Shown here piece after piece: positions 11,758 through 24,918 of a stretch of DNA of 64,000 nucleotides. This stretch comes from Octopus vulgaris. Taxonomy: Eukaryota. The notes beneath the pieces are model-generated. The model was not told where the DNA came from. It did no database searches and worked only from the letters and a program-made list of their open reading frames with translations. The stretch is from contig OX597820.1 of NCBI GenBank assembly GCA_951406725.2, positions 24,800,001 to 24,864,000 on the forward strand, written 5' to 3'. The translations under genes and the position numbers were made by a program. Every line of letters begins with the position of its first letter. Within the stretch, counting starts at the first letter, position 1.

Positions 11758-11807
11758 TTTGTCAAAATATTTTCGTCGCTAAAATCCGCGACCTGTTCAC
11801 TGACAAA
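11758..11807 (-). ncRNA. Minimal hammerhead with swapped G3-C8 core, copy A
   Basis: Minus strand reads tttgtca-GTGAACA-G-GTCGC(ggatttta)GCGAC-GAAA-ATAT-TT-tgacaaa. Helices I and II are perfect and helix III is the palindrome AATATT. Confidence 0.7.
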
Positions 11808-12129
11808 GTCCGTGCTGCATCTCATTGTATATATATATATATATATATCCATCATCTAATACTGTGCATGTTATTGTCGTTAATCCATAATTCAGTTTTG
11901 ATCCAGCATGCCTTGGATCAAAGCTATTTCTGCGATCACCATTCGATCTTATTTCAATGCAGCATATCTAAGACAATATTTTAAAAGGGGATTTATCCTT
12001 TTTTAATATGTTAAGATAGCATTTGATCTACTTTTGATTCTTATTCGATTATGCATTCTTATAATTTTAACCTTTTCGTCAGAGTACAAACAGCTGAAAC
12101 AAAAAGCACAAGACACATTATCTTACATA

Positions 12130-12343
12130 CGAGAGGATGCCAAAAAGTTCGTGGCTTTCGGTAAAAGAAAGCACAGCAGGATCAGTTAATTATGATTTTA
12201 TTCAATATATTCCCCTCTAAGATTCACACAGTTACCGCAACGGTCCTTCAGTTGTTCTAAGCCCTGTAATAGAACTCGGAAGGTTGGGCCTCCAAGCAGG
12301 CCTTATGCGAAACCCTTAAAACTAGGAACTTTTCAACATCTCG
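12130..12343. mobile_element. Mariner-type MITE
   Basis: TA|cgagaggatgccaaaaagttc ... ggaacttttcaacatctcg|TA, imperfect TIRs with a TA target duplication. Confidence 0.65.
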
Positions 12344-12400
12344 TAAATTCACGCATACATACTAATATACGAAAGTACCCACCAATACACGAGCGCGTGC

Positions 12401-12436
<36 letters not shown>

Positions 12437-14308
12437 ACACACACTTAATCCTACAATAAAGAAGTTTCTATAGTTCTTTCTTTTGAAGACTATTATGAAT
12501 CGACCTTCTCTCATATCTTAGGTATTTATTTCCAAACCTCCAGCTATGCAATCTCAAGTGAACAAAACCGAATCTATAAACCTGTTTCACGAAAGAGATC
12601 TCAATGGAAGTAACCAATAATATTTTTGTTTCTGTAGTGAGCGTATTTTCAGTGTGAGCACCTTCGTTGTTCAACTTTTCAAACGCACCTGTTCCAGGTT
12701 AATCCGTATTAAGGAAGCTGCTTTCAGTAGTGGTGCTATTTCCGTTTTAGCTTCAGATTTAGAATTTATATAAAGTATTCTTTTACCTTTATTTGATGAT
12801 CATTTTCGTGTTTTATATTGGATGAAAAGAAATATTTTATATTTTCCATTTCCATAAATATCTAAATGTTCACAACGCGAAATTTTTGTAAGCAATAAGT
12901 CTTTAATTTTCCCTTTGTGCAGACTCACACGGTTGCTTAGCTTTGTTCCGATTTTGCTGATTCTTGTTACAATACGAGCACGTAACGAAGTAGATAAAAT
13001 TTTTACTTTGCGATTTATGTTTGCATTCACTTTCATTTCCTTCTAAAAGGGTATCAAACGGAGAAAATACATGTTGGACGATTCGGCTTGTGCAGAGACA
13101 CAGTTATGTAACTATATTTTGTGCCGCCCCAGAGTCCACAAAATTATATAGGAGGTTCAAAAGCGCTGTCCCCACAAAAATGTCTCCTGGGGTGGACTAT
13201 CCTTTTTACCACCCATCTCCTAGCTATGCTACTGTAGGTAGGTTATGCATCTAGCTAATTCGAAGAAGCAGACGGCATTGATATGACGATAGAACAGAGA
13301 GAAGAAGCGTCATATTGATGTTGCTTTATAAAGTCCTATATTCAAAGTCATTGTATGTTCTATTTTAGTCATTCTATATTTAGAACTATAATATCCAACA
13401 TGTCCTATCTTTTTCTCGGAAAATAGGTTGCGTATTGTGGGAGATTTGACACATATTTTTCTCAGGTCGAGCGAATGCAAGAAAACACACCAGAGTGTCT
13501 AGGAACTAAAGAGAAGAGAGAGTATATAGTCGCCAATCAATCGAATGGCCTTTCTTTGATACGGTCCATAATGTTAATATTTATCCTACAGCAACATCAC
13601 CGCCGTATAAATAAATATGAACAGTCAACGCAAGGTTGCTTCTTACTAGGGTTCCATTCAAATTCACAAATTAAATGTAAATCGGAATACATGTCTTAAC
13701 AAATGAATATAAGTATCACTCATGCTCTTCCCTTGATACCTGTTAATTCACTTCGAACCTAACTATTCGAAAGTGTGTGAATTGAGTAGCAAATTAGATT
13801 CACTCAATACACATGCTAGACGTCCATTTTATTTATCAAATTTACGCCATTTTACATCGGAAATGTCCAACTTCTACCATCCTTCTCTTTCCCCTTTCTC
13901 TATTTTACAATCATCATTCTCCTTTTTCACTTCTTATTCTTCCTTTTCCTTTCTTCTTCTTCTTCTTCTTCTTCTTCTTCTTCTTCTTCTTCTTCTTCTT
14001 CTCCTCCTCCTCCTCCTCCTCATTTCTCCTCTCTTCCTCCTCCCCTCCAAATTTTCTCCTTCTGTCCTCCTCTTCCTCCACCTCCTCCTCGCCTCTATCC
14101 CCCTCGTCCTCCTCCTCATTCTTCTTCTTCTTCTCCTCCTCCTCGTCCTCCAGCACCACCAGCATCACTACTCCCTTCTTCTTCACATTATCCTCCGCCT
14201 CCTTTTCCATCTTCGCACTTCAATCTTAATTTTTCAGAACACAGCCACTATCACAGCCTACATACTCCACCACCATCATTCCCTCTCCCTCAACATCCCT
14301 CTCCTCAC

Positions 14309-14346
<38 letters not shown>

Positions 14347-14996
14347 GTAATCATGTTATCGCAAGGTCTGTTCCAGACGTATGCTGTTACACAAAAGTAA
14401 TCGGTTTCTTTCCACTTCATCTAGATCAGTCGTTTTGGAAATCTTGCAAAAAATAATTGCTTCTAACACTTCTAAACCGTGTCTTCGAGTGTATGGAAAT
14501 TCAACAGGGAGTACAAAAGTAATAAGACAGAACAAACATACTTTTTTTTTCAAACACGCAGAGACACAATCACACGTAAACAGAAATTCACTCATATACA
14601 CTCCATCCATAATTTTTATTCCTATGTCCGTCTCTTAAACATATATGTACATAGAGTCACTCATATTCTATCACAATCAGATTCATACATGCTTTTACAC
14701 ATATACGTATATTCACACGTACTTATATATATATGCTAACACACAAAGGCATTCATATATATATATATATATATATGCATATCCATACGATCATTCATTC
14801 ATAGATATATTTGGAAGATAACTGTGTCTAATTGTATGGAAGACTAACGAAGATGTTAACTCATCATGACAAAAATCGAACGACTGGAGTACGTAAAGCA
14901 GTGTAAGAAATATATGTACACATACATACATACATACATACATACATACATACATACATACATACATACATACATACATACATACATACATACATA

Positions 14997-15434
14997 CAGC
15001 GCTGGATTAGCCATTAAGCAAAATGAGCTCGTGCTTAAGGCATCAAGGGACGGCAGCACCACAAAAATGAAAATAGTTTACGGCACGAAAGAAATCACTT
15101 TAAACTTGCTAAAATAATATTCGTAATGCCTTATCTTTACTATGTATAGAAGTAGAAGTTTTACGTAAAAATTAATTTTAACTTTGCAATTAAATAAAAA
15201 CAAAATACAAGGGAAGTTTTCAAATATAAATAAAATGGAAGTCTACTAAAATAAACATCGTTTTCCATCTTACTCATAGTTTTGTTTCGTTTTGAAAAAT
15301 AAAAACTTATTTTGTGGTTTATTACTGTTTACATTTAAATCATTTTTGTTTATATTTTGAACCATTTGTATATACTTGAGGGCACCAAAACCTTTTAAGT
15401 GCTAAGGGCCTCTGTGAGTCTTAATCCCGCTCTG
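14997..15434. mobile_element. hAT-like MITE inserted into (CATA)n
   Basis: Imperfect TIRs cagcgctggatta / taatcccgctctg, flanked by the same microsatellite on both sides. Confidence 0.6.
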
Positions 15435-15464
15435 CATACATACATACATACATACATACATACA

Positions 15465-15497
<33 letters not shown>

Positions 15498-15614
15498 TAC
15501 AAATATATGAATACATATACATTTGTTTGTATGTATGGGTATATGTATATATAAGTACTTACAGTATATATATACACATATACTTATATACGTATATATA
15601 TATATATATATAAA

Positions 15615-15910
15615 ACAAGGACGGGTTATCCGGAATTTTCTTTCGTCAGTCGAGTTCGAGATTATCGTTGCAATTTCGGTTGGTTATACTCGAGATTGCT
15701 CCAATCTGGCCAGCCCCAAGGAAAATCTAAGCTAAGAGCATTAGATTCCTTGGAAGAAACCAGCGAATGTATATGAAAACAAGGACGGAAAAAATAACGG
15801 AGAAATGTTACACAAATACAAATGCAAATAACTGGACATTAACAACAGGTGTATTTCGACTAAGGACGAATTAAATTAAGGTGGCGTGTGTGGAAGTGAA
15901 GCCTTACGGC
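15615..15910 (-). repeat. Dispersed repeat, inverted homologue of ~2860-3170
   Basis: Shared blocks, e.g. gagcattagattccttggaagaaa and caacaggtgt.tttcgacta. Confidence 0.75.
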
Positions 15911-16309
15911 GTGGACATAAGAGATGAGAGGCATTGGAAGGAATATAGATTTTGTACGGATGGAGGTCGAACCAAGAAAGAAAGTTCAGGCTTGGCCGAT
16001 ACCGGTCACCTCGAGGGAGAGGAGAGGGGTAGAGGCAGAGGAATGGAAGAATTTGGGAGGGACGAGAAAAAATGAAAAGGGACAGAGTGAAGGTGAGAAC
16101 GAAGAGAAGGCCAGGAAATGTGAGAGGGGGGGAACGAAAGAAAGAAGAGTGGAAAGAACGAAGTGTGAAGGGGCTGATAGAAAGAAAGAAAGAATGAAAT
16201 AATAAGAGAGTCGTACAAAATTTATATACATATATATATGTACTTACATATAAGAGAACAAAGTGTACGTACGCCGCTATATGTACATAAAAAAGAATAC
16301 AAAAAATGG

Positions 16310-16576
<267 letters not shown>

Positions 16577-17711
16577 ATATATATATACATGTATATGTAT
16601 ATTCATGTATATATATATACACACACACATACATTTATGTATATATGTGTGTTTGTGTGTATGTATGTATGTATGTATGTATGTATGTATGTATGTATGT
16701 ATGTGTATGTATATAACTAAAGTAGACGTGATGGACATTATATAATCCGATATGTCTGCTTTCAGATTTATAATAATCACAAAAATATAAAAGAATTCCA
16801 TGCTTTTTTAACGAGAAATCAAAAATTTATGACAGCAGAACACACTGTCCTTCACCGTCTTACTAGCTTCGACTCAATGTCCTATATTTAGACTTTTGAC
16901 ATTAATCAACGCGCATTTATATCTAGGTCTGGAGTGTTGAATGTGTCTTTCATATGTGGAAGAGAATAGATTCCAGTAGTAGGCGTATTAGTGGTTAGTT
17001 CTTAGTGTTTAAGTGGATGTTAAGAGATTCTATCTTTGGCACAAAAAGATTTTGCTGGATGGTGGTATTTTAAAAAATATTTAATACGAACTGGATACAT
17101 TTGAAAGAATATGACGTTCAGACTGTGATCATACATGTGTGTGTGCGCGCACACACACACTCACACACACACACACACACACTTACACAAGCATACAATG
17201 TAATATATACACATAGGACATGGCTTTTTCACACGTCTCCTCTCCTTTTCTCATTTTCTTCCTCGACCTTCCTCTTTCTTCAGCAATGTTTTACACTCAT
17301 TCTACTATCCTATTTGCAGTTATATATACTACTGGTAGTGTTACCCTGGGTTTCTCCTCCTCCTCCTCCTTCTTCTGCTACTCCTCCTACTTCTGCTACT
17401 CCTCCTGTCTTATACTTATTATTGTCTCTGTTGTTTGTTGTTATTAAGGCGGTGAACTGCCAGAATCGTTCACACACCGGACAGAATGCTTAATGACATT
17501 TCTTCCGGTTCTTTACGATCTGCGTTCCAATTTCTCATCGTGTTCTACTTTGTTTTTAATCCATTAGGCGTCAATAAAATAATCCCCAGCTGTACATTAA
17601 AGTTGATATAATCAACTCGCTCCCTTCCCCGAAATCGCTGGCCTTGTGCCAAAATTTGAAACCGTTATTTTATTTAATCACATTATCTTTATATATCTCA
17701 TTTCATTGCAG

Positions 17712-18002
17712 AATCGGTTATCAGACAAAATATTGACGTATACGTCCAGTGGATTTATTGAAGGACTCACAAAAAAGTATTTTGCACATAAAGGATGTGA
17801 TATGCAGAGGGCACACACGCTTGAGATAAAGTATGGTCCGCAACATACGGCCGGGTTATTTGTTTTGCTCTTGGTAGCTGTTACCCTTTCAATCTTTCTT
17901 ATGATGGGAGAATACGTTTTTTTCAAGTACCTTATTCCTGTTTTGAGGAAGAAGCCTGCCTGTAGTAAATGGAGAAGTATCAATATTATGTTTCTAAGTC
18001 AG
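17712..18002 (+). CDS. Same receptor: end of S2, M4 transmembrane helix and proximal C-tail
   Basis: ttgcag|AAT ... CAG|gtaaga, 291 bp, phase 0/0, in frame with the previous exon. NRLSDKILTYTSSGFIEGLTKKYF..GC matches the iGluR helix J/K region plus the conserved Cys; AGLFVLLLVAVTLSIFLMMGEYVFF is M4. Confidence 0.92.
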
Positions 18003-18597
18003 GTAAGAACCATCACTGGAAAACCTCCATTTTATTCAGATTTCTTCTTTTTCACAGCATAAAGTACCATGGTACTTATATCTTCATAAAAAGTACAAGG
18101 AAAATTATTTCAATTTCAGTCTTTTAGATTAAATTTTTACTTTCAGTTTCGTCCGAAGAATTTTTCATTTATATTTATTTTATATCTTGTCTTTCATTTT
18201 TTTCCTGTTTCAATCATTGGACTGCGGCCATATTGGTTCAGCGTTATGAAGGGTTTAGTCAAACAAATCCACCCCAGTATATATTTTTAAGCCGGGTACT
18301 TATTCTATCGGTATCTCTTGTCGAACCGATATGTTACGGGGACGTAAACAAACCAACAAGTGTTGTTAGTGGTGAGGGGACATGCACAAACACACAAACA
18401 CACACACATACACACACACATCGTATACTTTGTGAGTACAGTTATATATACGACTACCACTGTTGAGTTTAGAAATCCGAGTGGATTATCAGCACCCAGG
18501 CTGCTACCAATGTAGTGGTTTGGTACTATTATACTTGGTAGTATTACTGCTTATGATGTACAGAGCAAATAATGCAACAATGCGTAATGTAATAAAG

Positions 18598-18699
18598 TGC
18601 TCCTCTGATGATCCGTCGTAGTTAAGCACCCAGTTGCACTGAGGATATCCAATACGAAGGTTTCAAACAAACGCAACGGTGAAATGTACGTAGGGAACA
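18598..18699 (+). ncRNA. Hammerhead motif with long helix II insert
   Basis: tcct-CTGATGA-T-CCGT...ACGG-T-GAAA-TGTACG-TA-ggga. GUA site, near-palindromic helix III. Confidence 0.7.
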
Positions 18700-18773
18700 A
18701 ATGATATAAATTTGTGTTTATCATAATTTCTTATATACGCAAGTGAACGAGAGAGAGTGAGAGAGTGAGAGAG

Positions 18774-18886
<113 letters not shown>

Positions 18887-19437
18887 GTGACAGGCTTCTT
18901 CACAGTTTGTGTCTACCAAATTCACGCATTTACTCACGAGACTCGTGCCAATAGTAGAAAACACTTTGCCAAGATACCAAGCAGCGAGACTGAACCGGAA
19001 AGTATATAGTTGCAAAATGAGCTTCTTAGCCACGCATGTTTATTTATTTATTTATTTTATTATTTGGTGAATACTGCCTTTGCTTTCATATTTCTAAATG
19101 CTCAATCCGTGTTCAATGAAATATATAGTACATCCACAGAAAACTTGGAAACAGAACCGTATTCTGGGCACTTATATAGTGATTGAATATGGCCGCTATT
19201 TTAGGACGCTAACTTAACGAAAATACTGCTAATTCTATAGCATTTTGGTTATTTACACGCCACACGCTGTACACAGGGCAAAATGCATTCACTCCTTGCC
19301 CTGTATTCGGTGCTATAGTCGCTTGTCCATTCAACGTTCTCAACATATTTTCAAGTCGTTTCAAGCTTATTTCAAATAACTTTTCTATATTTCATTGCAC
19401 TACTTGGTATAAGTAAATGTGAGAATGCATGCATATC

Positions 19438-19547
<110 letters not shown>

Positions 19548-20299
19548 CTTACACGTTTGCAAGTCTTCACACGGTTCAGTAGAAATTATACTAATGATTT
19601 CTATTGATTAAACAAAAAATGGTTCTTATATATTTAAAGAAAGCGTAAATGAGATCTTGTTCATTTTCTTCTTTATTTCCAAATGCATATTGGACATGAA
19701 TTATTTTTCACCAAGATATGGAACAAATCATAGTCTTGACTGATTAACTGCTTACCAATATTCTACAGTATCGATTGAAAAGCTTTGCACAGACTCTGAT
19801 CTTATTTCACAATACATTAATCATAGGAAAAAGGACTGCGCTATGGATCTTTCGAAGACCTTCCGTGACTGAATACCCAAAGTGTTTAAGAGAGGAAGTT
19901 ATCCTTAGAAAGTAGACTTGGATCGAGTATTGCAACAGAGGGAAGTTCTCTAAAAACAAGTAAGGATCACTAATGGTGTTGCATCAGACGGCGAATTACG
20001 CCTACTATCCAGGTACGTGTGTTTAACCTGATAGTTATACACACAGCCTCTATCTATCCAATTTCAATTATAACTCCTTTTTGTGTCAGAAAACATTTGT
20101 CCAAGGCACTGTCTGGGAATCGAACTCGAAACTAAGCAGTTGTGAAACAAATATCTTAACCACACAGCCATGCTTTGCGCCTGTTGACTGGCAGGCAAAT
20201 ACACACACACACATATAGATATTTATATCCATATATATATATATACATATATATATGTGTGTGTGTGTGTGTGCGTGTGTATCCGTATAAATGAGGACG

Positions 20300-20607
20300 C
20301 ATGTACTGCTGAGACCCCTTTCGGTCATGACTGACCATGGGATTGCTCCTAGCAAGTTACCTTCCCTTGCAAAATTCCGGGCAAGGTTGTTTATGGAAGA
20401 CCAGCAGTCGTCCATGCATACCGGCCTCCCCTCTCCACGAAACCAGTGTTACCCAAAGGGCCGATACAGCTTGGCACCTGTGACGTCGCAACTCGTTTCT
20501 ACAACGTGAAATAAAGTGTCTTGCTCAAGAACACAACACGCAGTCCGGTCCGGGATTCGAACTCACAACCTCGCGATCGTAAGCTCGACGCTCTAACTAC
20601 TGAGCCA
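20300..20607 (-). mobile_element. tRNA-derived SINE (CORE-like)
   Basis: Minus strand head tggctcagtagttagagcg...gagttcgaatcc, then gtgttcttgagcaagacactt. Confidence 0.75.
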
Positions 20608-20645
20608 TGTATGTACAAGTATATATGTATGTGTGTATATATATA

Positions 20646-20709
<64 letters not shown>

Positions 20710-21035
20710 ATATATATTTATATATATATAAATTTATATATATGATAAAAGCAACTAAAGGAAGTGCTAATGATATTATCAAAGACGGAGGTCATATCTA
20801 AAATATTTTGACTTTCTGTGTCTTTCCCATAATGAAAAGGAACGAATCACTTATCTTTTCTCAGATTCTAGACAATGTTATAAAGTTGAAAGGTTTTAAC
20901 TCTTTCAAATAATTCAATTTTTGATTAGTATGCTCTTATTCTATCTAATGTGTGTCCATATACGAATACGTGTATGCGTGTGCTCGGGTGAGCGTGTGTA
21001 CGAATTTATGTGTATGTGTGCGTGGGGTGTGTGTG

Positions 21036-21071
<36 letters not shown>

Positions 21072-21354
21072 CGTCTATGTCTGTATGTGTGTCTTTTCTT
21101 TGGAAATATCGCATCAAATTATTAGGAAATTTGATAACTATCTTTTGCTGAAATCAATGCAAATTATCGATCACCAACGCAATAATGTATTCAGTCACAA
21201 AGAATATAAAGTGACACCGATCAATGCATTATGGGTAGAACTTTTTCCAATGTGTGTAAATTACATTTCAGTTTTATACTTTATTGTTTTCATTCAGAGC
21301 GAAACCAATAAAGTCTCATCTCAAAATAATAATAACAACAAGAACAATAATAAT

Positions 21355-21790
21355 TAAAAATTTTGGCACAACGCCAGCAATTTCCTGGGAGGGGTAAATC
21401 TATTAAATCGACTTCAGGATTCAACTGATATTTATTTTACCAACGCAAAAAAATAAAACGTAAAGTCGACCTCGGCGATATTTGAACTCAAAACGGATGA
21501 AGTGCCGTTACGCGGTTTGCTCGAAGTCGCTAATGAGTCTACCAGCTCGCCGCCTGAAGTTGTCGTGGCCCAGTATCATAATGATAATATTAATCCCTTC
21601 TATTTTAGGCACAAGGTCTGAAATTTGAGGGGAGGTGGCTAGTCGATTACATCGCCCCCAGTATGTAATTCGTACTTAATTTATTGACCCCGAAAGGATG
21701 AAAGGGGCAGTCGACCTCGGTGGAATTTGAACTCAGAACAGCGACAGACGAAATACTGCTAAGCCTTTCGACCGACGTGCTAACGATTCT
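21355..21790 (-). mobile_element. Two tandem tRNA-derived SINEs with a Meta-like central domain
   Basis: Contain the reverse complement of gagttcaaattcc.ccgaggtcgact...tttcatcctttcggggtc.ataaa. The same family occurs at 17447, 35570, 39400-39995, 47222-47650 and 49410-49830. Confidence 0.7.
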
Positions 21791-23164
21791 GTGCTGGTGT
21801 CGGGTAAACACAAACATGCAGTGGGACTGAACCGCTTTGATCGGCTCGAGGCTATAGTAGAAGACACTTGTCCAAATTGCAAAGTAGTGGGACTGAACCC
21901 GGAACCATTTTCTTCTGAAGCAAACTTCTTACCACATAGCCTATTCTTGTATCAAATACAAGAATTTGGGGTTAAACAACAATATTGCAGATTCTTGGTC
22001 AATAGTTTTTGATATAGTACTGTCGACATATATCAGTTTCCATTGATTAATTTCTGGCTTCTACATTTATAGCGGAAAGAAGTGAAGGATGCTTGTGTCT
22101 TAGGAAAGAGCATTGAAAGCGTAAGACAAATAAAACTGGCTTCAATCTTCAACAGAGCTAGCATCGCCGACTCCACCAATAAGATCTTCTAATGGTCAAC
22201 ACTTCATCCATTCATTTACTTATTGATTCAGTTAATAGCCTATAACAGTTGATTTTAATCCATATTTATAGTCTATCCAAAGTGGTCGTAGAGCGATCTC
22301 CCATGAAAATGCATAACTCAAATTTATTCACTTCAAGCAATCATATCTAATTAAGAAAGCATTTATTAACGGTTCCTTCCTTGGCAGCTGTGGTGTTTGT
22401 AAAAGTACATTTGCAAATTGAGCAAGGATTTATTGTTTTATAAGTAGTAACACTGAAACACAAGATCACTCCAGCCTACATTCTCTGTTTCCACTCGTAA
22501 TTTTAGATAGTCTAGCTCAATTGAGCGAGAGGAAAGTTCCGAGGAAGTCCACGACTCGATTTCCCAGTATAAATTGTTTTCACTACATTGATGCGACAAA
22601 TGCCTACTACTAACTAAAATTCCATGATGAAACGGATATACTTTAAATGCTGACAATTAAGAGATTTCATTGGAGTTTTTTCTTGGTTTATATTGAGTGG
22701 GACGGAGGCTTCGTCAGAAAAGAAAGAGCAAGAACAATGAATTTTGTGTATAGCCTGTTGCGTGATTAAAGAAGAGGAAGAACAGGCTGACACCTGGATT
22801 ACCCTGAGCCGTGACACCAGATGCTTACAATAGAATGGGTTCTACTATAAGTTCATAAAGGCCAGGTGTTGATGATTCCATCGACCATTCGAGAGAAGGT
22901 ACATACAGTCCAACAGGATTTTATAGCTTCTATGTACGAAACTTCACACAGACTGCTTGAGCTGACTTGAGGTTTGCAGTGGGATCGAACTCAGAATCAC
23001 ACGACTGTGAAGTGAGCATCTTAACTGCATGACCATGCTCCATTTATGAAATCTGATTTCAGATTCGTCTTCCCGAGTAAAGTGGTAACGTTGACAACGA
23101 GAATCTACAAAAATATTGAAGACATGAGATATCGAACTTCATACATACTCTCTCTCTCTCTCTT

Positions 23165-23540
23165 TTACTCTTTTACTTGTTTCAGTCATTTGACTGTGGC
23201 CATGCTGGAGCACCACCTTTAGTCGAGCAAATCGACTCCAAGACTTATTGTTTGTAACCGCTAACTAACGGGGACGTAAACACACCAGCATCGGTTGTCA
23301 AGCGATGTTGGGGGGACAAACACAGACACAGACATACACACACATACATACACACACAAACACACACACATATATACGACGGGTTTCTTTCAGTTTCCGT
23401 CTACCAAATCTGCTCACAAGGCTTTGGTCGATCCGAGGCTATAGTAAAAGACACTTGCCCAAGGTGCCACGTAGTGGGACTGAACCCGGAACCATGTGCT
23501 TGGTAAGCAAGCCACTTACCACACAGCCACTCCTACGTCT
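23165..23540 (-). mobile_element. tRNA-derived SINE with internal (CA)n
   Basis: Minus strand head ggagtggctgtgtggtaag...ggttccgggttcagtcccact, then ggcaccttgggcaagtgtctt. Near-identical family copies at 34320-34810(-) and 56876-57225(+), and a split copy at 18200-19030. Confidence 0.8.
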
Positions 23541-24918
23541 CAAGTTTTTTAAAAACTTTTCTATAATAATTAGTTAACCTTACCACAAGCCACGTATCAC
23601 ACAGCCACTCCTACGCCTCAAGTTTTTTTAAAACTTTTTTACAATAATTAGTTAATGTTCTCTGAATGAAGTGAGCATATAAAATTTGTTGGAGCAATAA
23701 AGAAGACGAATATAAATATGAAATAACTTTTGTTTGCAAGACGCAAAATATTAATAATTAAATAGTTTTGGTTATAAAATTCTAGTTTCAATTCATTCAA
23801 CAGCGAAAGGCAATGCCTTTGCACATTTGGTAAAAAGCAGTGTACAAAATATCTTACAGTATTTGCGTCATTTTACATTCTGCGTTCAAATCCTGTTGAA
23901 ATCATTTTACTAGAGTCGATTCCGTCGTCTTTACTCTCCAGCTTCCATAACTTGTGGCTTTGTGGTTATGATAGAAACCTATTGATGGAGAATTGAATAA
24001 ATATTTGAAATGCATTAATCACATTAAATAATGAATGATTTCTAAGACATTAAATCACTTGTGATCGTCAGGACTATAGATTGTTGTGTCCATAACTAAT
24101 AAATCAAAGAAAGATAAATTGGCGTTTATTTCTTCACTTCCACGAGGAATACAAAAGGACTTGAAAAGGTGTTTACAGTGGAACCGAAGGAAACATTTAT
24201 AAACTATTAACCACAGTTTCTGTTTCCTATCACATCATAGTGCGGTTTTTATATTTCCTTAACACCTGCTTGCACAATTTGAAGATTTAAGGTCACGTAA
24301 ATCATGGATCTTTGTCAGAAATACGTAAGCTCATTCACAGTCGCTGCGTATGAATCAAGAAGCTTGTGATGGAACCCTTGTGTGATCCTTTAATTGGAAT
24401 TAGCATAACCAGGGAAAATCACGAACAAATACAGTGCAGAAACTAAATAATATCAAAATCAAAACAATGAACAGATGTACAAAATTCGATGTATTAAGCT
24501 CAAAGAAAAATAGAGACATTGACGTTTCGGAAAGACGTCTTTTAACAAGATAAAAGTAAACGAAGAGAAATGATAATAAATCAAGAAGGGACAAAGTAAA
24601 GTACTATTTCAATGATGAAGTATGTTGAACCAATTATACTTTGAATCTAAGCTCACTAGATAAATCCTGAGTGCACTATGTCTGAAATAAGGCGGCAAGG
24701 TGACATATTGAGCGTCATATCATTACAAGTGTTTCACTCAAGGTTGACTTGGCTGTAAAGAACAGCGTCGTCCTAGACTCACCAGCTTTGGATAAGTCTT
24801 GCAAATTTTGCTAAAGACAGGTAAAGAAAGGTATTAGCCTTACTAAGATGAAACATCTAAAAATGACGAACTAACGAAGAGATCTGTGTATGATCGCTCG
24901 ATGCCAGCCCAAGGGCCA

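Noticed and set aside
12468-13036. Minus-strand ORFs that might be a PLE N-terminus
   Set aside because: No diagnostic motif could be read with confidence.
22050-22820. Possible decayed L1/Tx1 reverse transcriptase on the minus strand
   Set aside because: Only faint motif resemblance (GRSLYD). Too degraded to call.
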